Positions 55,386 through 64,000 of a stretch of DNA of 64,000 bases are shown one piece after another. Made by a program: the position numbers and the translations under genes. Numbering within the stretch: the first letter of the stretch is position 1; each line of letters starts with the position of its first letter. The DNA comes from Gammaproteobacteria bacterium. GTDB lineage: Bacteria > Pseudomonadota > Gammaproteobacteria > JBCCGL01. The notes under the pieces are model-generated. The model searched no databases and was not told the origin of the DNA. It worked only from the letters and a program-made list of their open reading frames with translations. The stretch covers positions 1,568,001 through 1,632,000 of the forward strand of contig OZ255836.1 of assembly GCA_965277715.1 (NCBI GenBank). The letters are read 5' to 3'.

Positions 55386-55473
55386 CTATGTGACTACCTC
55401 CAGGGGTGTAGTGCGCCCCATCAACATTAATAGTGTCTGGAAACCCTTTTCCGGCAATAGGTTTGTCACCTCT

Positions 55474-58065
55474 TTATCGCTCCTCTGGGCGTTGCGCGCT
55501 AAAGCTTATCTGTTCGTCAGAAAATTCCGCAAAAATCGTATCCCCTTGCACAAACTGGCCCGCTAATAGTGCTTGTGCAAGTGGGTTTTCCAGTAGTTGC
55601 TGGATAGACCGCTTGATAGGGCGTGCGCCATAAGTGGGGTCAAAACCCACTTCCGCCAGGTGGTCAAGCGCTGCTTCACTGACGTGTAAATCCATATCAC
55701 GCGCTTGTAAACGTTGGCTCAAGGCCTGCAATTGAAGGCGTAAAATAGCGTGAATATGCTCACGCTCCAGGCTGTGAAATACCACAACATCATCGATTCT
55801 GTTAATAAATTCGGGACGGAAGTGGTTGCTCACCGCCGATAGTACGGCCACCTTCATGGCGGCATAATCGGCGCCATCTGGCTGTTGGCGGATAATTTCA
55901 CTGCCCAGATTGGAGGTCATTATGATAACCGTGTTACGAAAATCGACTGTGCGCCCCTGGCCATCGGTCAGGCGGCCATCGTCCAGCACTTGCAGGAGTA
56001 TATTAAAAACATCCGGGTGGGCCTTTTCGACTTCATCGAGCAGGATCACTGAATAGGGCTTGCGGCGCACCGCCTCTGTCAGGTATCCCCCTTCTTCGTA
56101 GCCAACATACCCCGGTGGAGCACCAATCAAGCGCGCCACCGAGTGGCGCTCCATAAACTCTGACATATCGATGCGTACCATCGCATCGTTGCTGTCAAAC
56201 AAAAAATTAGCCAGGGTTTTGGTTAGCTCTGTTTTGCCTACCCCCGTCGGCCCCAGAAACAAGAATGAACCATTGGGTTTATCAGGATCAGCCAAGCCCG
56301 CCCGCGCACGGCGGATGGCATTGGACACGCTGTTCACTGCCTCGTCCTGGCCGATAACACAAGCGGATAGCTCTTCGTTCATGCGCAGCAGTTTCTGCTT
56401 TTCACCCTCTAGCATTTTACTAATGGGGATGCCTGTCCACTTAGATACCACTTCGGCAATTTCCGCCTCACCCACTTTGTTGCGCAGCAGTGTCATATCC
56501 TGCATTTCCGCTTGTGCAGCCATATCCAGCTTGCGCTCCAGGGCAGGGATAACACCGTATTGCAATTCAGACATACGCTGTAGATTGGTTGCCCGGCGGG
56601 CGCTGTCCAGCTCCACCCGGGTGCGCTCCAGTTCTTCTTTAATGTGTTTGGTACCCTGTAACGCAGCCTTTTCACTGACCCACACTTCATCCAGGTCAGC
56701 GTATTCGCGCTCCAGCCGGTGAATATCTGTCTCCAGTGTTTGCAGGCGTTTTAATGAGGCTTCATCACTCTCTTTGCCGAGTGCTTCACGTTCTATTTTT
56801 AGCTGGATAAGCTTACGCTCCAGCTTGTCCAGTGTCTCTGGCTTGGAATCAATTTCCATGCGAATACGGCTCGCCGCCTCATCGACCAGGTCGATGGCTT
56901 TGTCCGGTAATTGCCTGTCGGTGATATAGCGGTGCGAGAGTGTTGCAGCGGCGACAATGGCGGGGTCGGTAATATCGACGCCATGATGCACTTCGTAGCG
57001 CTCCTTCAAACCGCGCAGTATCGCCACGGTATCCTCGACGGTGGGCTCATCGATTACGACTTTTTGGAAGCGCCGTTCGAGCGCGGCATCTTTTTCAATG
57101 GTCTGGCGGTATTCATCCAGTGTGGTGGCGCCAATACAATGCAGTTCACCACGTGCCAATGCAGGTTTAAGCATATTACCGGCGTCCATTGACCCCTCTC
57201 CCTTGCCCGCGCCGACCATGGTGTGTAACTCGTCGATAAACAGAATCACCTGGCCATCCTGTTTGGCGAGATCGTTGAGTACCGCTTTGATGCGCTCCTC
57301 AAACTCGCCTCTGAATTTTGCCCCTGCCACCAATGCCCCCATGTCCAGCGACAACAGGCGTTTGTGTTTGAGCCCCTCAGGTACTTCTGCGTTAATAATA
57401 CGCAGTGCCAAACCCTCGGCAATGGCTGTTTTACCCACACCTGGTTCGCCGATGAGCACAGGGTTGTTTTTTGTGCGGCGTTGCAAGACCTGGATTGCGC
57501 GGCGGATTTCATCGTCCCGGCCAATCACGGGGTCGAGCTTGCCCTGCTCGGCACGCGCCGTCAGGTCGACGCTGTATTTTTCCAGTGCCTGCCGCTGTTG
57601 CTCGGCGTTGGGATCATCAACTGGCGCGCCACCGCGCACTTTATCGATAGCGGCCAACAACGCCTGCTCGGTCAGGCCGGATTCAAGCAGTAAACGCCCC
57701 ACTTCGCTGTTGTCTTTTAATAAGGCAAGTACGAATAGTTCGCTGGCGATAAATTTGTCATTGCGCTTTTGCGACAGTTTATCGGCGACATTTAACAGGC
57801 GACCCACTTCATTGGATATATGCACATCACCATTGCTACCCTGCACTTGCGGCAGCGCAGCCAGTTTTTCACCCAGGCGGGAACGCAATGTAGCGACATC
57901 AGCCCCCGCCTGTACCAGTAGATGGCGCACGCCCCCATCGCGCTGATCGAGAATCACGACCAGGATATGTAGGGCTTCGATAAACTGATGATCCCGCCCA
58001 ACAGCCAAAGATTGCGCGTCCGACAAGGCGAGTTGAAATTTGCTGGTAAGCCGATCCATTCTCAT
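55474..58065 (-). CDS. clpB: ATP-dependent chaperone ClpB
   Basis: MRMDRLT start, two AAA+ modules (GEPGVGKT; GPTGVGKT), middle coiled coil; 863 aa. Confidence 0.98.
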   Translation of the reverse strand: MRMDRLTSKFQLALSDAQSLAVGRDHQFIEALHILVVILDQRDGGVRHLLVQAGADVATLRSRLGEKLAALPQVQGSNGDVHISNEVGRLLNVADKLSQKRNDKFIASELFVLALLKDNSEVGRLLLESGLTEQALLAAIDKVRGGAPVDDPNAEQQRQALEKYSVDLTARAEQGKLDPVIGRDDEIRRAIQVLQRRTKNNPVLIGEPGVGKTAIAEGLALRIINAEVPEGLKHKRLLSLDMGALVAGAKFRGEFEERIKAVLNDLAKQDGQVILFIDELHTMVGAGKGEGSMDAGNMLKPALARGELHCIGATTLDEYRQTIEKDAALERRFQKVVIDEPTVEDTVAILRGLKERYEVHHGVDITDPAIVAAATLSHRYITDRQLPDKAIDLVDEAASRIRMEIDSKPETLDKLERKLIQLKIEREALGKESDEASLKRLQTLETDIHRLEREYADLDEVWVSEKAALQGTKHIKEELERTRVELDSARRATNLQRMSELQYGVIPALERKLDMAAQAEMQDMTLLRNKVGEAEIAEVVSKWTGIPISKMLEGEKQKLLRMNEELSACVIGQDEAVNSVSNAIRRARAGLADPDKPNGSFLFLGPTGVGKTELTKTLANFLFDSNDAMVRIDMSEFMERHSVARLIGAPPGYVGYEEGGYLTEAVRRKPYSVILLDEVEKAHPDVFNILLQVLDDGRLTDGQGRTVDFRNTVIIMTSNLGSEIIRQQPDGADYAAMKVAVLSAVSNHFRPEFINRIDDVVVFHSLEREHIHAILRLQLQALSQRLQARDMDLHVSEAALDHLAEVGFDPTYGARPIKRSIQQLLENPLAQALLAGQFVQGDTIFAEFSDEQISFSAQRPEER

Positions 58066-58101
58066 TACAAATACCTCTGTAGAATAGTATCAATGCACTC
58101 T

Positions 58102-58129
58102 ACATAGGGGTATCAATACCAAAATCAAG
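58102..58129 (-). promoter_or_regulatory. Sigma32 (RpoH)-type heat-shock promoter of clpB
   Basis: Minus strand CTTGAT-N13-CCCCTAT, close to the consensus CTTGAA-N13/14-CCCCAT, about 40 nt upstream of clpB. Confidence 0.7.
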
Positions 58130-58142
58130 CAGTTGATGATGA

Positions 58143-59765
58143 CTAAGGAGTGTAATTGTCGCGACTGAAGAGTGCCGATAGCGATTGTGTTGAGGCATCC
58201 AACCCTTCAATACCGCCCTGCCCGTTTAATACGGGTTCAAGTATTTTTGCCCGTTGCTTACCCAGCTCGACACCCCATTGATCAAACGAGTTGATCCGCC
58301 AGATAACGCCTTGAACAAATACCTTGTGTTCGTACAGAGCAATTAATGCACCGAGTGTATATGCATCGAGTGATTGCAATACAATGGCGTTACTGGGCCG
58401 GTTACCAGGCAGTGCTCTGTGGGTGTACAACGCCGAATGCCCGTTATCCCCAACTTCTGCGGCAACTTCCCGCTCGGTTTTACCGTGCATTAATGCCTGG
58501 GTTTGCCCTATATAGTTGGCAGCCAGGGCGATACCATGGTCGTTATCGAGGCTATCCAGCGAAACAATAAAATCGGTCGGTAGCCAGTGGGTTCCCTGGT
58601 GCAATAGCTGGGAAAATGCGTGCTGTGCATTGCTGCCAAGCCCCCCCCACACCACCGGCCCGGTGGCGTAATCAACGACCTGGCCATCGATATCACAATG
58701 CTTGCCGTTGCTCTCCATATCGAGCTGCTGAATATAGGCGGGAAATTCCTTGAGTGGATAGCTGTAGGGCAGGATGAGATACTGTTCTGCAGCATAGAAA
58801 TTATTATACCAAATACCGATCAATGCCAATAATACCGGCATATTTTGTCGCCAGGGCGCTGTGTAAAAATGTTGATCCATAGCATGTCCACCCGCTAACA
58901 ACTGGCGAAACGTATCCATACCCAGTGCCAGGGCAATCGATAGGCCAACCGCCGACCACAGCGAGTAGCGCCCTCCGACCCAATCCCAAAACGCAAACGT
59001 TTTATCGCTGTCAATACCAAATGCCTGAACCCGTTGAACGGCGGTCGATACAGCGACAAAGTGTTTTGATATATCACCTTGCCCACCGCTGCATTCGAGA
59101 AACCAGTGGCGTGCAGCCTGTGCATTGAGCATCGTTTCCCGGGTTGTAAAGGTTTTCGAGGTGATAACAAACAGCGTAGTCTCATGGTCCAGCGATGTGC
59201 TAGCGCGCCGAAAGTGCGCTTTATCAACGTTGGAGATAAATTCCACCCGTATTGACTGTTCATCATCGGGTGAACAAAGTGCTGTAGTGACCATTTTTGG
59301 CCCAAGGTCAGAGCCGCCAATGCCGATATTCACAACCGTGTGTATTTTTTTGCCGCTATAGCCGGTGTGTTGGCCACTGCGCACTGATTCGACAAAGCGT
59401 GTCATTTTATCCTGCACGGTATGGATGGCCGACATGATATTTTCACCATCGACCCATAATTCACGCCGTGGTGAACGCAATGCCGTATGCAACGCGGCAC
59501 GCGCTTCGCTCCGGTTGATTTTTCCCCCGTTAAACATAGCCACCGTTTTTTCACTCAGCGACTGCTGTTCGGCCAGTTGCATCAATAAATCCAGGGTTTT
59601 ATCATCAATCAGGTTTTTACTGTAATCGAGCGTCAACCCACAGGCCGACAGGCAATAGCGACGCGCACGCGCTGGATCGCGGGCAAACAGTGCGCGCAGG
59701 TGCTGCGCTTTAAGTGTGGCATGGTGAGCTTGCAGTGCCTGCCATGCGGGTGACTGTGTTAGCAT
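58143..59765 (-). CDS. pgi: Glucose-6-phosphate isomerase
   Basis: NIGIGGSDLGP, SKTFTT.ET, FWDWVGGRYSLWSAVG, QQLDMESNGK, INSFDQWGVELGK. Confidence 0.98.
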   Translation of the reverse strand: MLTQSPAWQALQAHHATLKAQHLRALFARDPARARRYCLSACGLTLDYSKNLIDDKTLDLLMQLAEQQSLSEKTVAMFNGGKINRSEARAALHTALRSPRRELWVDGENIMSAIHTVQDKMTRFVESVRSGQHTGYSGKKIHTVVNIGIGGSDLGPKMVTTALCSPDDEQSIRVEFISNVDKAHFRRASTSLDHETTLFVITSKTFTTRETMLNAQAARHWFLECSGGQGDISKHFVAVSTAVQRVQAFGIDSDKTFAFWDWVGGRYSLWSAVGLSIALALGMDTFRQLLAGGHAMDQHFYTAPWRQNMPVLLALIGIWYNNFYAAEQYLILPYSYPLKEFPAYIQQLDMESNGKHCDIDGQVVDYATGPVVWGGLGSNAQHAFSQLLHQGTHWLPTDFIVSLDSLDNDHGIALAANYIGQTQALMHGKTEREVAAEVGDNGHSALYTHRALPGNRPSNAIVLQSLDAYTLGALIALYEHKVFVQGVIWRINSFDQWGVELGKQRAKILEPVLNGQGGIEGLDASTQSLSALFSRDNYTP

Positions 59766-59865
59766 CGTTTATCCAAGAGGCCGTGTAGTTGTACGCTTTA
59801 TAGCATCTGGATAGCACGTGGAAAATGAAGCGCAGGATGCCATATCAAACCTATTCCCCTGACGA

Positions 59866-60768
59866 TCAGGTTTCCTGTTCGGTTGCCTTACAGGCACTAT
59901 TACCCGTACGTATATATTCAGCAATTTGCATATTGTCGATCAGGCGTGCCGCCCCTAAAAATGCCGCCACCAGAATGACCAGAGCAGCGGGCGAATCCCC
60001 TGTCTCAGGTGCAGACAAATCAGCACAGCGGCGAACCGAGACAAAGTCTGTGTTAAAACCGCAGGCGTTCAGCCGTTCCACCGACTGCCGTTCCAGTTCC
60101 TCATAATCACGCATTCCACCGACAATCTGTGACGCACAATCGCACAATACCTGATATAGCGCGGCGGCCTGCCTGCGTTCAACACCAGAGAGGTAACTGT
60201 TGCGTGAACTCATGGCTAAACCATTGTCCTCGCGCCAGGTGGGTGCGGCAATAATTTCAACCGGTAAATTCAAATCCGCTGTCATCTGCCGCACTATCAT
60301 GAGCTGTTGAAAGTCTTTTTCACCAAAAACGGCCACATCTGGTTGCACCATATTGAACAGCTTACAGACAATCGTGGCAACTCCCACAAAGTGCCCTGGC
60401 CGGTGTGCGCCACACAAAATATTTGTCATGCCCGGCACGTCAATACGGGTTTTGCCAGCGTGGCCACCGGGGTAAATCACCGTATCGTCAGGGGTAAACA
60501 AGACATCGACACCGGCCTCCTGCAATTGGCGGATATCGTCTTGTAAAGTGCGCGGATAGGCATCGAGATCCGCCCCTCGATCAAACTGCATGGGGTTGAC
60601 GTAAATACTGGCCACGACGCGATCACCACGCGCCTGCGCCCGTTCGATCAACGACAGGTGCCCACGGTGTAAATGCCCCATTGTCGGCACCAGGGCAATC
60701 ACTTCATCGGCGAGTCGCCAGGGTTTGAGGCAGACACGCAAGTCGGCAATTGTACTGACAACCTGCAT
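59866..60768 (-). CDS. panC: Pantoate-beta-alanine ligase
   Basis: VPTMG.LH.GHLSL, SIYVNPMQF, RPGHF.GV, FGEKDFQQ, GLAMSSRN, RLIDN. Confidence 0.97.
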   Translation of the reverse strand: MQVVSTIADLRVCLKPWRLADEVIALVPTMGHLHRGHLSLIERAQARGDRVVASIYVNPMQFDRGADLDAYPRTLQDDIRQLQEAGVDVLFTPDDTVIYPGGHAGKTRIDVPGMTNILCGAHRPGHFVGVATIVCKLFNMVQPDVAVFGEKDFQQLMIVRQMTADLNLPVEIIAAPTWREDNGLAMSSRNSYLSGVERRQAAALYQVLCDCASQIVGGMRDYEELERQSVERLNACGFNTDFVSVRRCADLSAPETGDSPAALVILVAAFLGAARLIDNMQIAEYIRTGNSACKATEQET

Positions 60769-60769
60769 A

Positions 60770-61588
60770 TCAGCTAAAGGCGTGTTCGGCTGTGGGAAAC
60801 CGCGACATCAATACATCACTGACATAGTTTTCAATAGCACTGTGAATACTGCCCGCCTGTTGCATATAGTCTTTGGAAAAACGTGTCCGCTTACCCGGTG
60901 CAATACCCAGAATATCGTACAGCACCAAAATCTGGCCATCGACATCGGCCCCGGCGCCAATACCGATAACCGGTACGGAGACACTTTCAGTGATCTGTTT
61001 CGCCAACGCTGCGGGCACGCATTCAAGCAGTAAGATATCGGCACCCGCCTGTTCCAGCGCCTGGGCATCGTCGAGCATTTTTTTGGCGGTGGCATCATCG
61101 CGCCCCTGCACCCGATAACCGCCCATTTTATAAACCGATTGTGGTGTTAAGCCCAGGTGCGCACAAACCGGGATACCGCACTCAGTAAAACGCGCCACCA
61201 TCGACAGTTGCAACGCCCCCCACTCCAGCTTGAGAATATGCGCAGCCCCTTCTTTCATAAGACGCGAAGCATTGCTCAACGCCACATCAGGTGAGTGGTA
61301 ACTCATAAACGGCATATCCACCATCAGCATCGCCCGCGATAGGCCCCGTGAAACCAATTGGCTGTGGTAGACGATTTCATCCATCGTCACTGGGATTGTA
61401 CTGTCGCGACCCTGTACCACCATACCGAGCGAATCACCGACCAACACAATATCGACAGCGGCCTCATCCAACACCTTGGCAAACGCTGCATCATAAGCAG
61501 TTAAACACGGAATTTTCTGCCCGGATTGTTTAGCTTTACGCAACGTTTCAATGGTAACAGCGCCCGAGTTATCAGCCTGAGTGCTCAT
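60770..61588 (-). CDS. panB: 3-methyl-2-oxobutanoate hydroxymethyltransferase
   Basis: LTAYDA, LVGDSLGM, DMPFMSY, HLGLTPQSV, IGIGAG..VDGQILV. Confidence 0.97.
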   Translation of the reverse strand: MSTQADNSGAVTIETLRKAKQSGQKIPCLTAYDAAFAKVLDEAAVDIVLVGDSLGMVVQGRDSTIPVTMDEIVYHSQLVSRGLSRAMLMVDMPFMSYHSPDVALSNASRLMKEGAAHILKLEWGALQLSMVARFTECGIPVCAHLGLTPQSVYKMGGYRVQGRDDATAKKMLDDAQALEQAGADILLLECVPAALAKQITESVSVPVIGIGAGADVDGQILVLYDILGIAPGKRTRFSKDYMQQAGSIHSAIENYVSDVLMSRFPTAEHAFS

Positions 61589-61690
61589 GGTTATACTCCA
61601 GATGTAGGAAAGCGTAAAACGTCAGCGTTCTGCCAGAAGCAACGCAATAGAGAGGGTATTAGCTAATTTGAGTGTGGTTCAAAGGGCGGT

Positions 61691-62134
61691 CTATCGATCA
61701 AATGAAGGGATTGTGCTGGTGGAGTCTGAGGTTGATGAGTCATAAGCAGCGCCTACCCGCATACTGTGAGTACCCATTAGTTGTCCATATTCATCATCGT
61801 TCGGGTCAAAAAACTGCGGGGACTCATCTTCGTTAATGAATTTAAAGACATTCCAGCCTATTTTAATCACATCGCCATTCGAGAGTTTTTTTCTCCGCAC
61901 TTTTTCGCCACTCACCCGTGTGCCGTTAGTACTGTTCAGATCCTGTATAAAAAAACTCTGTTCTCCATCTCCGCCCTCAGCCGTGATACATTCCAAAACA
62001 GCGTGTTTACCACTCACGGTGGTATCGTCGACATGAATCTGCGCATCGCTGGAACGACCAATCAATAAGCGCTCGGCACCTATCGGGTACTTTCTGATTT
62101 CAACCTCATCGACCAGCAATACAACTAACGCCAT
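61691..62134 (-). CDS. FHA domain protein
   Basis: LIGR, VSGKHA, IQDLNSTNGT.V, L..GD.IKIG; ATG at 62134 has GAGGA upstream. Confidence 0.9.
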   Translation of the reverse strand: MALVVLLVDEVEIRKYPIGAERLLIGRSSDAQIHVDDTTVSGKHAVLECITAEGGDGEQSFFIQDLNSTNGTRVSGEKVRRKKLSNGDVIKIGWNVFKFINEDESPQFFDPNDDEYGQLMGTHSMRVGAAYDSSTSDSTSTIPSFDR

Positions 62135-62172
62135 ACCACATTCCTCACAAACCAATTGATAGTTAATACTCC

Positions 62173-62225
62173 AGGAGCCTGTCGGATTCAGGACTGCTCT
62201 ACTGCGAAAAAGCCGACAAGTTCCT
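62173..62225. repeat. Short inverted-repeat element, possible collapsed IS/MITE ends
   Basis: AGGAGCCTGTCGG (62173-62185) versus CCGACAAGTTCCT (62213-62225), 11 of 13 complementary. Confidence 0.4.
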
Positions 62226-62582
62226 AGTTAAGGCTTAAACGAAAACCATAGCCCGCTTGCTTATATCTATGATTATCCACCTAATTTTGTATATCTAGAT
62301 ATTATAACGCGAATAGCCCCGTCTATGCAGCGCGGGCATATTGTAGTGCTCAAACCGGCTGGATGCAGCATTTTTTTTCACTCAGCGTAATACATAAGAC
62401 CTACCTGATGGTGCCCCCAATACGCTATAGATTCGTCGGCAGGGCTGGCAACGGCTGGGTTTATGCCAAAGATTAACGTATATTGCCCCACTATCGCTGG
62501 ATGGAGGCGAAAAATAAAGCAGCGGTTTGAGTTAAACGCAAACACCATACACCCCATCAATACTTTTAAAGTTAGCACCTAC

Positions 62583-63767
62583 ATGCGCCACTCGCGAAAG
62601 AATTTACTCTTGCTGTCATCCTGCCAGGCATTGATGATGAGCTGCAACTCGCTGATGATTACCGCCAGTGCGTTGATTGGCTTTGCACTGGCAGAAGAGA
62701 AGGCACTGGCAACACTGCCCATTGCTATCCAGCACTTTGCCACCATGTTAACCAGCCTGCCAGCCTCATTGCTAATGGGGCGGGTGGGCCGTAAAACGGG
62801 CTTTTTGCTGGCCAGTGGTATCGGCATAGTAGGCGGTGTCGCCGCAACCTGGGCAATAGTCAATAGCCATTTTTTGGTTTTCTGCGCGGCCAGCCTGGCG
62901 TTTGGGGTGTTCTCCAGTTTCGGTCACTACTATCGGTTTACTGCCGCCGAGGTGGTCGAGCCACACTACAAGAGCCGGGCCATTTCCTATGTACTTGCCG
63001 GTGGCGTTATCGCCGCCTTTATCGGCCCTAATCTCGCCAATTTTTCTCAGGACTGGATAAGTGGCTACCGCTTTGCCGGTAGCTACGCCGCTGTTATCCT
63101 GCTGTATGGGTTGTCAGCACTGGCTATTTCTTTCACCGTATTGCCCAGACAAATACTTCCCCCAGCGCAGCACAACACCCGCCCGCTGAGCGAAATGATA
63201 CTGCAGGGCCGCTTTATTGTAGCCGTTATCTGCGCCACTTTTGGCTACGCCATTATGTCATTGGTGATGACTGCCACGCCGTTAGCAATGAATGAATATT
63301 CACATTCTTTTGGCGATACTGCGTTTGTTATCCAGTGCCACGTTCTGGGTATGTTTGTGCCCTCATTCTTTACGGGCAGTTTGATACAACGCTACGGCTG
63401 TACCAATATCATGCTGATCGGCGCCATGGCCGCAGCAGCTTGCCTGGCCATCAATCTATCCGGACAAAGCTACTTACACTTCTGGTTTGCTTTGGTGTTA
63501 TTGGGTATCGCCTGGAATTTTCTGTATATCGGCGGAACCACTTTGCTGACAGAAACCTACCAGCCAGAAGAGAAAGCCAGGGCGCAGGGAATCAACGATT
63601 TAATTGTATTCAGCACCGTTACCCTGGCTTCGTTGTCAGCGGGGGCGATACAGTACAACATCGGCTGGTCAGCCGTTAATATGGGCGTCACGCCCGCTGT
63701 GCTGCTGGTGATCGGCAGTTTAATCTGGTTAAAAATAGCGAACAGATCCATTGTGTTACCCACATAG
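62583..63767 (+). CDS. MFS transporter
   Basis: About 12 hydrophobic segments, M.RVGRK.GF motif A, YRF.AAE, HVLGMF.PSFFTGSLI.RYG; probable start ATG 62583. Confidence 0.9.
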   Translation: MRHSRKNLLLLSSCQALMMSCNSLMITASALIGFALAEEKALATLPIAIQHFATMLTSLPASLLMGRVGRKTGFLLASGIGIVGGVAATWAIVNSHFLVFCAASLAFGVFSSFGHYYRFTAAEVVEPHYKSRAISYVLAGGVIAAFIGPNLANFSQDWISGYRFAGSYAAVILLYGLSALAISFTVLPRQILPPAQHNTRPLSEMILQGRFIVAVICATFGYAIMSLVMTATPLAMNEYSHSFGDTAFVIQCHVLGMFVPSFFTGSLIQRYGCTNIMLIGAMAAAACLAINLSGQSYLHFWFALVLLGIAWNFLYIGGTTLLTETYQPEEKARAQGINDLIVFSTVTLASLSAGAIQYNIGWSAVNMGVTPAVLLVIGSLIWLKIANRSIVLPT

Positions 63768-63790
63768 AGGCGCGATTGCTCACGCCTCTA
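63765..63790. terminator. Hairpin between convergent MFS and creatinase genes
   Basis: TAGAGGCG...CGCCTCTA stem. Confidence 0.5.
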
Positions 63791-63805
63791 CCTAAAGAAA
63801 TATGT

Positions 63806-64000
63806 TTAGCAATCGACAATATTGTGCGTCGGCCCATAGGGGTATTTGGTGATGTTCTCAGCACCCTGCTCCGTCACGACCAAAATATCGTGCTCCCGGT
63901 AACCACCCGCACCGGGCACACCTTCAGGCAGCATAATCATCGGCTCCATCGACACGACCATATTGGGTTGCAATACTGTTTCAATGTCTTCACGCAATTC
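63806..64000 (-). CDS. Creatinase (M24 family), C-terminal end; gene begins beyond the window
   Basis: ELREDIETVLQPNMVVSMEPMIMLPEGVPGAGGYREHDILVV..GAENITKYPYGP matches the creatinase C-terminus. Confidence 0.85.
   Translation of the reverse strand, partial: ELREDIETVLQPNMVVSMEPMIMLPEGVPGAGGYREHDILVVTEQGAENITKYPYGPTHNIVDC

Noticed and set aside
56171-57946. Long + strand ORFs (183 and 301 aa)
   Set aside because: Antisense to clpB, a common shadow of conserved chaperone genes.

Overview
A 64 kb bacterial chromosomal segment, most likely from a marine gammaproteobacterium (inferred from dksA-gluQ, panB-panC-pgi-clpB and a sigma32-type clpB promoter). From left to right it holds: a partial PhyH-family dioxygenase, an internally deleted GcvT/dimethylglycine-dehydrogenase remnant, CMD, TPR and coiled-coil genes, an RND pair and dksA-gluQ. 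Next is a tightly packed 8-gene envelope cluster of unknown function (acidic secreted protein, lipoprotein, TPR-like membrane protein, PEGA plus non-catalytic SUMF1 protein, a 41-aa peptide missed by the ORF track, a MotA/TolQ/ExbB channel, and two ExbD-like TM-coiled coil-vWA proteins), the best candidate for an undescribed ion-driven envelope machine. After it come an orphan attC-like site and a hicB gene split by an IS3-family element, whose hicA partner appears to be a stub fused to an aceE-like E1 gene, then E2 and a sulfatase. A 25 kb gene encodes an 8395-aa RTX/T1SS adhesin with 25 mosaic ~800-bp repeats in a higher-order pattern, preceded by a 422-aa head-plus-tail miniature paralog. 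The right end carries a D-lactate-dehydrogenase-like oxidase, clpB, pgi, panC, panB, FHA, MFS and the end of a creatinase. No rRNA, tRNA, CRISPR array or integrase was recognised. All family calls come from motif recognition by eye, not database searches.
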